DNA of 64,000 nucleotides, from NCBI RefSeq assembly GCF_009914755.1, contig NC_060933.1; one strand, written 5' to 3'. The notes under the pieces were generated by a model. That model searched no databases. It was not told the DNA's origin and saw nothing but the letters and a program-made list of their open reading frames with translations. Positions 28,184 through 42,700 of the stretch are shown one piece after another. A program made the translations under genes and the position numbers. Numbering within the stretch: position 1 is the first letter of the stretch; every line of letters starts with the position of its first letter. Source of the stretch: the human T2T-CHM13v2.0 reference genome, Homo sapiens.

Positions 28184-31100
28184 CGAATGGAATGGAATGT
28201 AATGGAGAGTAAGGGAGTTGAATAGAATCAACCCGAATGTAGTGGAATGGAATGGAACGGAATGGAATGGAATGGAATGCAATGGAATGGAATCAACCCG
28301 AGTACAATGGAATGGAATGGAATGGTATGGAATGGAATGGAATGGAATGGAATCAACCCGAGTGCAATGGAATGGAGAGGAATGGAATTGAATGGAATGG
28401 AAACTACCCGAATGGAAAGGAATGTAATGGAGTGTAAGGGAATTGAATAGAATCAATCCGAATGTAATGGAATGGAATGGAACGGAATGGAATGGAATGG
28501 AATGGAATGGAATGGAATGCAATGGAATGGAATCAACCCGAGTGCAATCGAATGGAATCGAATGGAATGGAATGCAATGGAATGGATTCAACTTGAATGG
28601 AATGGAAAAAATGGAATCAACACGAGTGGAATGGCATGGATTAGAATGGAAAGGAATGGAATCAACCCGAGTACAGGGGAATGGAATGGAATCATCCGTA
28701 ATGGAATGGAAAGGAATTGAATGGAAAGGAATGGGATGGAATAGATTGGAATGGAATGGAATGGAATCAACTCCATTGCAATCGAGTGGAATGGAATGGA
28801 ATTAACCCGAATAGAATGGAATGGAATGTAATGGGACGGAACGGAATGGAATGGAATGGAATGGAATGGAATGGAACGGAACGGAATGTATGGAATGGAA
28901 TGGAATGGAATGGAATGGAATCAAAGCGAGTGCAGGGGAATGGAATGGAATGGAATGCAATGGAATGGAATCTTCCGGAATGGAATGGAATGGAATGAAA
29001 TGCAATGGATTCAACTCGATTGCAATGGAATGGAATAGAATGGAATGGAATGGAATGGAATGGAATGGAATTAACCCGAATAGAATGGAATGGAATGGAA
29101 TGGAACGGAATGGAACGGAATGGAACGGAATGGAATGGAATGGTATGGAATGGAATGGAATGGTATGGAATAGAATGGAATGGAAGGAATTGTAATGGAA
29201 TGGAATTGAATGGAATGGAATGGAATGGAATGGAATCAACGCGAGTGCTGGGGAATGTAATGGAATGGAACGCAATGGAATGGAATCATCCGGAATGGAA
29301 TGGAATGGAATGGAATGGAATGGAATGGAATGGAGTGGAATGGAATTTGAATGGAATGGAATGGAATGGAATGGAATTAACCCGAATAGAATGGAATGGA
29401 ATGGAATGGAACGGAATGGAATGGAATGGAATGGAATGGAATCAACCCGACTGCACGGGAATGGAATGTAATGGAACGCAATGGAATGGAATCATCCGGA
29501 ACGGAACGGAATGGAATGGAATGGAATCAACTCGATTGCAATGGAATGGAATGGAATGGAATGGAATGGAATGGAATGGAGTGGATTCAACCCGAGTGCA
29601 GGGGAATGGAATGGAATTTAATGCAATGGAATGGAATCATCCGGAATGGAATGGAATGGAATGGAATGGAATGAACCCGATGCAATGGAATGGAATGTAA
29701 TGGAGTGCAAGGGAATTGAATAGAATCAATCCGAATGTAACGGAATGGAATGGAATGAAATGGAATGGAATGGAATGGAATGGAATCAACCCGAGTTCAA
29801 TGGAATGGATTCGAATGGAATGGAATGGAATGGAATGGATTCAACAAGAATGGAATGGAAAGGAATGGAATCAACCCGAGTGTAATGGCATGGAATGGAA
29901 CGGAATGGAATGGGATGGAATGGAATGGTACGGAATAGAATGGAATGGAATGAAATGGAATGGAATGGAATGGAATGGAATGGAATGGAATGAACCCGTG
30001 TGCAATGGAATGGAATGGAATGGAATGGAATGGAATCAACCCGAGTGCAATCGAATGGAATCGAATGGAATGCAATGCAATGGAATGGATTCAACTTGAA
30101 TGGAATGGAAAGAATGGAATCAACATGAGTGGAATGGCATGGATTGCAATGGAATGGAATGGAATAAACCTGAGTACAGGGGAATGGAATGGAATGGAAA
30201 GCAATGGAATGGCATCATCCGAAATGGAATGGAAAGGAATGGAATGGAATTGAATGGGATGGAATGGCTTCAAACCGAATGGAATGGAAAGGAATGGAAT
30301 CAACACGAGTGGAATGGAATGGAATGGAATGGAATGGAATGGTATGGAATAGAATGGAATGGAACGAAATGGAATGGAATAGAATGGAATGGAATGGAAT
30401 GGAATTGTTCCGAGGGAATAGGAGGGAATGTATTCGAGTGGAATGGAAAGGAATCGAATCAACCAGAGTGGAATGGAAGGGAATGGAATGGAATGGAAAC
30501 TAATAGAATGGAATCAACCCGAGTGGAATGGAATGGAAAGAATGGAATGGAATGGAATGGAATGGAATGGAATGGAATCAACTCGATTGTAATGGAATGG
30601 AATGGAATGGAATGGAATGGAAAGGAATTAACCCGAATACAATGGAATGGAATGCAATGGAACGGAATGGAGTGGAATGGAATGGAATCAACCCGAGTGC
30701 AGGGGAATGGAATGGAATGGAATGGAATGGAATGGAATCATCCGGAATGGAATGGAATGGAATGGATTGCAATGCAATGGAATCAACTCGATTGCAATGG
30801 AATGGAATGGAAAGGAATAGAATGGAATCAACCCGAGTGGAATGGAATGGAAAGGACTGGAATGGAGTGGAATGGAATGCAATGGAATGGAATTAACTCG
30901 ATTGGAATGGAATGGAAAGGAATGGAATGGAATTAACCCGAATAGAATGGAATGGAATGGAATGGAACGGAATGGAATGGAATGGAACGGAATGGAATGG
31001 AATGGAAAGGAATCATACCGACTGCAGGGGAATGGAATGGAATGGAATGAAATGGAATGGAATGGAATGGAGTGGAAAGGAATCAAACCGACTGCAGGGG

Positions 31101-32286
31101 AATGGAATGGAATGGAATGCAATGGAATGGAATCATCCGGAACGGAATGGAATGGAATGGAATGGAATCAACTCGATTGCAATGGAATGGAATGGAATGG
31201 AATGGAATGGAATGGAATGGAATGGAATGGAATGGAATGGAATGCAATGGAATGGAATCAACCCGAGTACAATGGAATGGAATGGAATGGAATGGAATGG
31301 AATGGAATGGAATGGAATGGAATGGAATGGAATGAACCCGTGTGCAATTGAATGGAATCGAATGGAATGGAATGCAATGGAATGGATTCAACTAGAATGG
31401 AATGGAAAGGAATGGAATCAACTCGAGTGGAATGGCATGGCATGGAATGGAATGGAATGGAATGGAATGGAATGGAAAGGTACGGAATAGAATGGAATGG
31501 AACGAAATGGAATGGAATGGAATGGAATGAATGGAATGGAATGGAATAGAATGGAATCCACCCGATTGCAGGGGAATGGAATGGAACGGAATACAATGGA
31601 ATGGAATGGAATGGATTCAACCCGAATGGAATGGAAAGGAATGGAATCAACCCGAGTGGAATGGCATGGAATGGAATGGAATGGAATGGAATGGAAGAGA
31701 ACGGAATGGAATGGAATGGAATGGAATGGAACGGAATGGAACGGAACGGAACGGAACGGAACGGAATGGAATGGAATGGAATGGAATGGAATCAACGCGA
31801 GTGCAGGGGAATGGAATGGAATGGAATGCAATGGAATGGAATCTTCCGGAATGGAATGGAATGGAATGGAATGGAATGGAATGAAATGCAATGGATTCAA
31901 CTCGATTGCAATGGAATGGAATAGAATGGAATGGAATGGAATGGAATGGAATTACCCCGAATAGAATGGAATGGAATGGAATGGAACGGAACGGAACGGA
32001 ACGGAATGGAATGGAATGGAATGGAATGGAATGGAATGCAATGGTATGGAATGGAATGGAATGGTACGGAATAGAATGGAATGGAAAGAATTGTAATGGA
32101 ATGGAATTGAATGGAATGGAATGGAATGGAATGGAATCAACGCGAGTGCAGGGGAATGTAATGGAACGGAATGCAATGGATTGGAATCATCCGGAATGGA
32201 ATGGAATGGAATGGAATGGAATGGAATGGAATCAACCCGAGTGCAATGGAATGCAGTGGAATGGAATGGAATGGAATGGAACAACC
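28184..32286 (+). repeat. 4.1 kb tandem duplication, copy 2 (4103 bp)
   Basis: The offset to copy 1 drifts 4093, 4088, 4103 through whole-pentamer indels. Identity ends at T32335 (C in copy 1 at 28232). Confidence 0.95.
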
Positions 32287-33670
32287 CGAATGGAATGGAA
32301 TGTAATGGAGAGTAAGGGAGTTGAATAGAATCAATCCGAATGTAATGGAATGGAATGCAACGGAATGGAATGGAATGGAATGGAATGGAATGGAATGGAA
32401 TGGAATGCAAAGGAATGGAATCAACCCGAGTGGAATGGCATGGAATGGAATGCAATGGAATGGAAGTTAATGGAATCAACTCGAGTGGAAAGGAATGGAA
32501 TGGAATGGAAAGGAATGGAATGAAATCAAGTCGAGTGGAATGGAATGGAATGGAATGGATTGGAATGGATTGCAACGGAATGAAATGGAATGGAATGGAA
32601 TGGAATCAATCATTCCGAGTAGAATGGAAGGTAATGTAATGGAGTGGAAAGAAGGGAATGGAATCAACCCGATTGGAATGCAAGGCAATGGAATGGAATG
32701 GAAAGGAATGGAATGCAATCAACTCGATTGCAATGGAATGGAATGGAATGGAATGGAATGGAATGGAATGGAATTAACCGGAATAGAATGGAATGCAATG
32801 GAATGGAACGGAATGGAATGGAATGGAAGGTAATGGAATCAACACGAGTGCAGGGGAATGGAATGGAATGGAATGCAATGGAATGGAATCATCCGGAATG
32901 GAATGGAATGGAATGGAATCAACTCAATTGTAATGGAATGGAATGGAATGGAATGGAATAGAATGGAATGGAATTAACCCGAATAGAATGGAATGCAATA
33001 GAATGGAATGGAACGGAACCGAATGGAGTGGAATGGAATGGAATGGAATCAACATGAGTGCAGGGGAATGGAATGGAATGGAATGCAATGGAATGGAATC
33101 ATCCGGAATGGAATGGAATGGAATGGAATGGAATCAAACCGAGTGCAATGGAATGGTGTGAAATGGAATGGAATGGAATGGAAACAACCTGAATGGATTG
33201 GAATATAATGGAGTGTAAGGGAATTGAATAGAATAAATCTGAATGTAATGAAATGGAATGGAACGGAATGGAATGGAATGGAATGGAATCGAATGGAATG
33301 GAATGGAATGGAATCAACCCGAGTGCAATGGAATGGATTCGAAAGGAATGGAATGGAGTGGAATGGATTCAACTTGAATGGAATGGAAAGAATGGAATCA
33401 ACACGAGTGGAATGGCATGGAATGGAATGGAAAGGAATGGCGTGGAATGGAATGGAATGGTTCGGAATAGAATGGATTGGAACAAAATGGAATGGAATGG
33501 AATGGAATGGAATGGAATGGAATCAACGCGATTGAAGGGGAATGTAATGGAACGGAATGCAATGGAATGGAATCATCCGGAGTGGAATGGAATGGAATGG
33601 AATGGAATGGAATCAACCCGAGTGCAATGGAATGGAGTGGAATGGAATGGAATGGAATGGAACAACCCGA

Positions 33671-33770
33671 ATGGAATGGAATGTAATGGAGAGTAAGGGA
33701 GTTGAATAGAATCAATCCGAATGGAATGGAATGTAATTGAGAGTAAGGGAGTTGAATAGAATCAATCCGA
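33671..33770 (+). repeat. 50 bp tandem duplication of the GAGAGTAAGGGAGTTGAATAG module
   Basis: 33671-33720 and 33721-33770 are identical except G33688/T33738. Confidence 0.93.
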
Positions 33771-36700
33771 ATGTAATGGAATGGATAGGAACGGAATAGA
33801 ATTGAATGGAATGGAATGGAATGCAATGGAATGGAATCAACCCGAGTACAATGGAATGAAATGGAATGGAATGGAATGGAATGGAATGGAATGGAATGGA
33901 ATGGAACGGAATGGAACGGAACGGAATGGAATGGAATGGAATGGAATGGAATGGAATGGAACGGAAAGGAATGGAATGGAATGGAATGGAATCAACGCGA
34001 GTACAGGGCAATGGAATGGAATGGAATGCAATGGAATGGAATGGAATGCAATGGAATGGAATCTTCCGGAATGGAATGGAATGGAATGGAATGGAATGGA
34101 ATGGAATGGAATCAACCCGAGTGCAATGGAAAGGAGTGGAATGGAATGGAATGGAAAAACCCGAATGGAATGGAATGTAATGGAGAGTAAGGGAGTTGAA
34201 TAGAATCAATCCGAATGTAAAGGAATGGAATGGAACGGAATGGAATGGAATGCAATGGAATGGAATCAACCCGAGTACAATGGAATGGAATGGAATGGAA
34301 TGGAATGGAATGGAATGGAATAGAATGAAATGGAATCAATCCGAGTGCAATGGAATAGAGAGGAATGGAATGGAAAGGAATGGAAACTACCCGAATGGAA
34401 TGGAATGTAATGGAGTGTAAGGGAATTGAATAGAATCAATCCGAATGGAATGGAATGGAATGGAATGGAACGGAATGTAATGTAATGTAATGGAATGGAA
34501 TCAACCCGAGTGCAGGGGAAACGAATGGAATGGAATGCAATGGAATGCAATGGAATGGAATGGAATGGAATCAACTCGATTGCAATCGAATGGAATGGAA
34601 TGGAATTAACCCGAATAGAAAGGAATGGAATGGAATGGAACGGAACGGAATGGAATGGAATGGAATGGAATGGAATGGAATGGAATGGAATGGAACGGAA
34701 AGGAATGGAATGGAATGCAATGGAAAGGAATGGAATGGAATGTAATGTAATGGAATGGAATGGAATCAACGCGAGTGCAGGGGAATGGAATGGAATCGAA
34801 TTTAATGGAATGGAATGGAATGGAATCAACCCGACTGTAGGGGAATGTAATGGAACTGAATGCAATGGAATGGAATCATCCGGAATGGAATGGAATGGAA
34901 TGGAATGGAATGGAATCAACCCAAGTACAGGGGAATGGAATGGAATGCAATGCAATGGAATGGAATCATCCGTAATGGAATGGAAATGAATGGAATGGAA
35001 AGGAATGGAATGGAATGGAATGGAATGGAATGGAATGGAATGGAATGGAATGGAATCAACTCGATTGCAATCGAATGGAATGGAATGGAATTAACCCGAA
35101 TAGAATGGAATGGAATGGAATGGAACGGAACGGAATGGAATGGAATGGAATGGAATGGAATGGAATGGAATGGAACCGAACGGAACGGAATGGAATGGAA
35201 TGGAATCAACGCGAGTGCAGGGGAATGGAATGGAATGGAATGCAATGGAATGGAATCTTCCGGAATGGAATGGAATGGAATGGAATGCAATGGATTCAAC
35301 TCGATTGCAATGGTATGGAGTAGAATGGAATGGAATGGAATGGAATGGAATGGAATGGAATTAACCCGAATAGAATGGAATGGAATGGAACGGAATGGAA
35401 CGGAACGGAACGGAACGGAATGGAATGGAATGGAATGGAATGGAATGGAATGGAATGGTATGGAATGGAATGGAATGGAATGGAGTCAACGCGAGTGCAG
35501 GGGAATGTAATGGAACGGAATGCAATGGAATGGAATCATCCGGAATGGAATGGAATGGAATGGAATGGAATGGAATGGAATGGAATGGAATAAACCCGAG
35601 TGCAATGGAATGGAGTGGAATGGAATGGAATGGAATGGAACAACCCGAATGGAATGGAATGTAATGGAGGGTAAGGGAGTTGAATAGAATCAATCCGAAT
35701 GTAATGGAATGGAACGGAATGGAATGGAATGGAATGGAATGGAATGGTATGGAATGCAAAGGAATGGAATCAACCCGAGTACAATGGAATGGAATGGAAT
35801 GGAATGGAATGGAATGGAATGGAATGGAATGGAATGGAATCCACCCGAGTGCAATGGAATGGAGAGGAATGGAATGGAATGGAATGGAAACTACCCGAAT
35901 GGAATGGAATGTAATGGAGTGTAAGGGAATTGAATAGAATCAATCCGAATGGAACGGAATGGAATGGAACGGAATGTAATGTAATGGAATGGAATGGAAT
36001 CAACCCGAGTGCAGGGGAATGGAATGGAATGGAATGCAATGGAATGGAATCATCCGGAATGGAATGTAATGGAATGCAATGGAATGGAATGGAATGGAAT
36101 CAACCCGAGTGCAATGCAATGGAGTGAAATGGAATGGAATGGAATCGAATGGAAACACCCAGAATGGATTGGAATATAATGGAGTGTAAGGGAATTGAAT
36201 AGAATCAATCTGAATGTAATGAAATGGAATGGAACGGAATGGAATGCAATGGAATGGAATGGAATGGAATGGAATGCAATGGAATGGAATCAACCCGAGT
36301 ACAGGGGAATGGAATGGAATGGAATGCAATGGAATGGAATCATCCGTAATGGAATGGAAAGCAATGGAATTGAATGGAATGGAATGGAATGGAATGGAAT
36401 GGAATGGAATGGAATGGAATGGAATGGAATCAACTCGATTGCAATCGAATGGAATGGAATGGAATTAACCCGAATAGAATGGAATGGAATGGAATGGAAT
36501 GGAACGGAAAGGAATGGAATGGAACGGAATGGAATGGAATGGAATGGAACGGAACGGAATGGAATGGAATGGAATTGAATGGAATGGAATGGAATCAACC
36601 CAACTGCAGGGGAATGGAATGGAATGGAATGCAATGGAATGGAATCATGCGGAACGGAATGCAATGGAATGGAATGGAATCAACACGAGTGCAATGGAAT

Positions 36701-39700
36701 GGAGTGGAATGGAATGGAATGGAATGGAATGGAACTACCCGAATGGAATGGAATGTAATGGAGAGTAAGGGAGTTGAATAGAATCAATCCGAATGTAATG
36801 GAAAGGAATGGAAAGGAATGGAATGGAATGGAATGGAATGGAATGCAATGGAATGGAATCAAACCGAGTACAATGGATTGGAATGGAATGGAATGGAATG
36901 GAATGGAATCAACACGAGTGCAATGGAATGGAGTGGAATGGAATGGAATGGAATGGAACAACGCGAATGGAATGGAATGTAATGGAGAGTAAGGGAGTTG
37001 AATAGAAACAATCCGAATGTAATGGAATGGCACGGAATGGAATGGAATGGAATGGAATGGAATGGAATGGAATGCAATGGAAGGGAATCAACCCGAGTAC
37101 AATGGAATGGAATGGAATGGAATGGAATGGAAAGAATGGAATGGAATCAACCCGAGTGCAATGGAATGGAGAGGAATGGAATGGAATGGAATGGAAACTA
37201 CCCGAATGGAATGGAATGTAATGGAGTGTAAGGGAATTGAATAGAATCAATCCAAATGGAATGGAATGGAATGGAACGGAATGTAAAGAATGGAATGGAA
37301 TGGAATCAACGCGAGTGCAGGGGAATGGAATGGAATGGAATGCAATGGAATGGAATCATCCGGAATGGAATGGAATGGAATGCAATGGAATGGAATGGAA
37401 TGGAATCAACCCGAGTGCAATGGAATGGAGTGAAATGGAATGGAATGGAATGGAAACAACCAGAATGGATTGGAATATAATGGAGTGTAAGTGAATTGAA
37501 TAGAATCAATCTGAATGTAATGAAATGGAATGGAACGGAATGGAATGGAATGGAATGGAATGGAATGGAATGGAATTAACCGGAATAGAATGGAATGCAA
37601 TGGAATGGAACGGAATGGAATGGAATGGAAGGTAATGGAATCAACACGAGTGCAGCGGAATGGAATGGAAAGGAATGCAATGGAATGGAATCATCCGGAA
37701 TGCAATGGAATGGAATGGAATGGAATGGAATGGAATGGAATGGAATCAACCCGAGTGCAATGGAATGGAGTGGAATGGAATGGAATGGAATGGAACAACC
37801 CGAATGGAATGGAATGTAATGGAGAGTAAGGGAGTTGAATAGAATCAATCAGAATGTAATGGAATGGAATGGAACGGAATGGAATGGAATGGAATGGAAT
37901 GGAATGGAATGGAATGCAATGGAATGGAATCAACCCGAGTACAATGGAACGGAATGGAATGGAATGTAGTGGAATGGAATGGAATGGAATGGAATGGAAT
38001 GGAATCAACCCGAGTGCAATGGAATGGAGAGGAATGGAATGGAATGGAATGGAAACTACCCGAATGGAATGGAATGTAATGGAGCGTAAGGGAATTGAAT
38101 AGAATCAATCCGAATGGAATGGAATGGAATGGAACGGAATGTAATGGAATGGAATGGAATGGAATCAACCCGAGTGCAGACGAATGGAATGGAATGGAAT
38201 GCAATGGAATGGAATCATCCGGAATGGAATGGAATGGAATGCAATGGAGTAGAATGGAATGGAATCAACCCGAGTGCAATGGAATGGAGTGAAATGGAAT
38301 GGAATGGAATGGAAACAACCAGAATGGATTGGAATATAACGGAGTGTAAGGGAATTGAATAGAATCAATCTGAATGTAATGGAATGGAATGGAACGGAAT
38401 GGAATGGAATGGAATGGAATGCAATGGAATGGAATGCAATGGAATGGAATCAACCCGAGTGCAATCGAATGGAATCGAATGGAATGGAATGCAATGGAAT
38501 GGATTCAACTTGAATGGAATGGAAAGAATGGAATCAACACGAGTGGAAGGGCATGGATTGGAATGCAATGGAATGGAATCAACTCGAGTACAGGGGAATG
38601 GAACGGAATGGAATGCAATGGAATGGAATCATCCGTAATGGAATGGAAAGGAATGAAATGGAATGGAATGGAATGGAATGGATTGGAATGGAATGGAATC
38701 AACACGATTGCAATCGAATGGAATGGAATGGAATTAACCCGAATAGAATGGAATGGAATGGAATGGAACGGAACGGAATGGAATGGAATGGAATGGAATG
38801 GAATGGAATGGAACGGAACGGAAGGGAATGGAATGGAATGGAATGGAATGGAATGGAATGGAATGGAATGGAATGGAATCAACGCGAGTGCAGGGGAATG
38901 GCATGGAATGGAATACAATGGAATGGAATCTTCCAGAATGGAATGGAATGGAATGGAATGGAATGGAATGAAATGCAATGGATTCAACACGATTGCAATG
39001 GAATGGAATAGAATGGAATGGAATGGAATGGAATGGGATTAAACCGAATAGAATGGAATGGAATGGAATGGAATGGAACGGAATGCAACGGAATGGAATG
39101 GAATGGAATGGAATGGAATGGAATGGAATGGTATGGAATGGAATGGAATGGTACGGAATAGAATGGAATGGAACGAATTTTAATGGAATGGAATTGAATG
39201 GAATGGAATGGAATCAACGCGAGTGCAGGGGAATGTAATGGAATGGAATGGAATGGAATGGAATGGAATCAACGCGAGTGCAGGGGAATGTAATGGAACG
39301 GAATGCAATGGAATGGAATCATCCGGAATGGAATGGAATGGAATGGAATGGAATGGAATCAACCCGAGTGCAATGGAATGGAGTGGAATGGAATGGAATG
39401 GAATGGAACAACCCGAATGGAATGGAATGTAATGGAGAGTAAGGGAGTTGAATAGAATCAATCCGAATGTAATGGAATGCAATGCAACGGAATGGAATGG
39501 AATGGAATGGAATGGAATGGAATGGAATGGAATGCAAAGGAATGGAATCAACCCGAGTGGAATGGCATGGAATGGAATGCAATGGATTGGAATGGAATGG
39601 AATCAACTCGAGTGGAAAGGAATGGAATGGAATGGAAAGGAATGGAATGAAGTCAACTCGAGTGGAATGGAATGGAATGGAATGGATTGGAATGGATTGC

Positions 39701-42700
39701 AATGGAATGAAATGGAATGGAATGGAATGGAATCAATCATGGAAGGGAATGTAATGGAGTGGAAAGAAGGGAATGGAATCAACCCGAGTGGAATGCAAGG
39801 CAATGGAATGGAATGGAAAGGAATGGAATGGAATCAACTCGATTGCAATGGAATGGAATGGAATGGAATGGAATGGAATGGAATGGAATGGAATGGAATT
39901 AACCGGAATAGAATGGAATGGAATGGAATGGAACGGAATGGAATGGAATGGAAGGGAATGGAATCAACACGAGTGCAGGGGAATGGAATGGAATGGAATG
40001 CAATGGAATGGAATCATCCGGAATGGAATGGAATGGAATGGAATCAACTCCATTGCAATGGAATGGAATGGAATGGAATGGAATAAAATGGAATGGAATT
40101 AACCCGAATAGAATGGAATGCAATAGAATGGAATGCAACGGAACCGTATGGAGTGGAATGGAATGGAATGAAATCAACCCGAGTACAGGGGAATTGAATG
40201 GAATGGAATGCAATGGAATGGAGTCATCCGTAGTGGAATGGAAAGGAATGGAATGGAATGGAATGGAATGGAATGGAATCAACTCAATGGCAATCGAATG
40301 GAATGGAATGGAATTAACCCGAATAGAATGGAATGGAATGGAACGGAACGGAATGGAATGGAATGGAACGGAACGGAATTGAATGGAATGGAATGGAATG
40401 GAATCAACGCGAGTGTAAGGGAATGGAATGGAATGGAATGCAATGGAATGGAATCTTCCGGAATGGAATGGAATGGAATGAAAGGCAATGGATTCAACTC
40501 GATTGCAATGGAATGGAATAGAATGGAATGGAATGGAATGGAATTTAATGGAATTGAATGGAATGGAATGCCTTCAAACCGAATGGAATGGAAAGAATGG
40601 AATCAACACTAGTGGAAACGAATGGAATGGAAAGGAATGGAATGGAATGGAATGGTACGGAATAGAACGGAATGGAACGAACTGGAATGGAATGGAATGG
40701 AATGGAATGGAATGGAATGGAATGGAATCGTTCCGAGTGGAATAGGAGGGAATGTATTCAAGTGGTATGGAAAGGAATGGAATCAACCAGAGTGGAATGG
40801 AAGGGAATGGAATGGAATGGAAACTAATAGAATGGAATCAACCCGAGTGGAATGGAATGGAAAGGACTGGAATGGAATGGAATGGAATGGAATGGAATGG
40901 AATGGAATGGAATTAACCCGAATACAATGGAATGGAATGGAATGGAACGGAATGGAGTGGAATGGAATGGAATCAACCCGAGTGCATGGGAATGGAATGG
41001 AAAGGAATGCAATGGAATGGAATCATCCGGAATGGAATGGAATGGAATGGAATGCAAAGCAATGGAATCAACACGATTGCAATGGAATGGAATGGAATGG
41101 AAAGGAATAGAATGGAATCAACCCGAGTGTAATGGAATGGAAAGGACTGGAATGGAGTGGAATGGAATGGAATGGAATGGAATGGAATCAACTCGATTGG
41201 AATGGAATGGAATGGAATGGAATGGAATGGAATTAACCCGAATAGAATGGAATGGAATGGAATGGAACGGAATGGAATGGAATGGAATGGAATGGAATCA
41301 ACCCGACTGCAGGGGAATGGAATGAAATGGAATGGAATGGAATGGAATCATCCGGAACGGAATGGAATGGAATGGAATGGAATCAACTCGATTGCAATGG
41401 AATGGAATGGAATGGAATGGAATAAAATGGAATGGAATGGAATTAACCGGAATAGAATGGAATGGAATGGAATGGAACGGAATGGAATGGAATGGAATGG
41501 AATGGAATTTAATGGAATGGAATGGAATCAACCCGAGTGCAGGGGAATGGAATGGAATGGAATGCAATGGAATGGAATCATCCGGAATGGAATGGAATGG
41601 AATGGAATGCAATCAACCTGATGCAATGGAATGGAGTGGAATGGAATGGAATGGAATGGAAACATCCCGAATGTAATGGAATGTAATGGAGTGTAAGGGA
41701 ATTGAATAGAATCAATCCGAATGTAATGGAATGGAATGGAATGAAATGGAAAGGAATGGAATGGAATGGAATGGAATCAACCCGAGTGCAATGGAATGGA
41801 TTCGAATGGAATGGAATGGAATGGAATGGATTCAACAAGAGTGGAATGGAAAGGAATGGAATCAACCCGAGTGTAATGGCATGGAATGGAACGGAATGGA
41901 ATGGGATGGAATGGAATGGTAAGGAATAGAATGGAATGGAATGATATGGAATGGAATGGAATGGAATGGAATGGAATGGAATGGAATGGAATGAACCCGT
42001 GTGCAATGGAATGGAATGGAATGGAATGGAATGGATTCAACTCGATTTCAATGGAATGGAATGGAATAGAATGGAATGGAATTAACACGAAAGAATGGAA
42101 TGGAATGGAATGGAATGGAATGGAAAAGAAAGGAATGGAAAGGAATGGAATGGAATCAACCCAAGTGCAGGGGAATGGAATGCAATGGAATTCAATGGAA
42201 TGGAATCATCCGGAATGGAATGGAATGGAATGGAATGGAATGGAATGGAATGGAATGGAATGGAATCAACCCGAGTGCAATGGAATGGAGAGGAATGGAA
42301 AGGAATGGAATGGAAACTACACGAATGGAATGGAATGTAATGGAGTGTAAGGGAATTGAATAGAATGAATCCGAATGGAATGGAATGGAATGGAATGGAA
42401 TGCAATGGAAAGGAATGGAATGGAATGGAATGGAATGGAATGGAATCAACTCGATTGCAGTCGAATGGAATTGAATGGAATTAACCCGAATAGAAAGGAA
42501 TGGAATGGAATGGAACGGAACGGAACGGAACGGAACGGAATGGAATGGAATGGAATGGAATGGAATGGAATGGAACGGAAAGGAATGGAATGGAATGGAA
42601 TGGAAAGGAATGGAATGGAATGGAATGGAATCAACGCGAGTGCAGGGGAATGGAATGGAATGGAATGCAATGGAATGGAATCTTCCGGAATGGAATGGAA

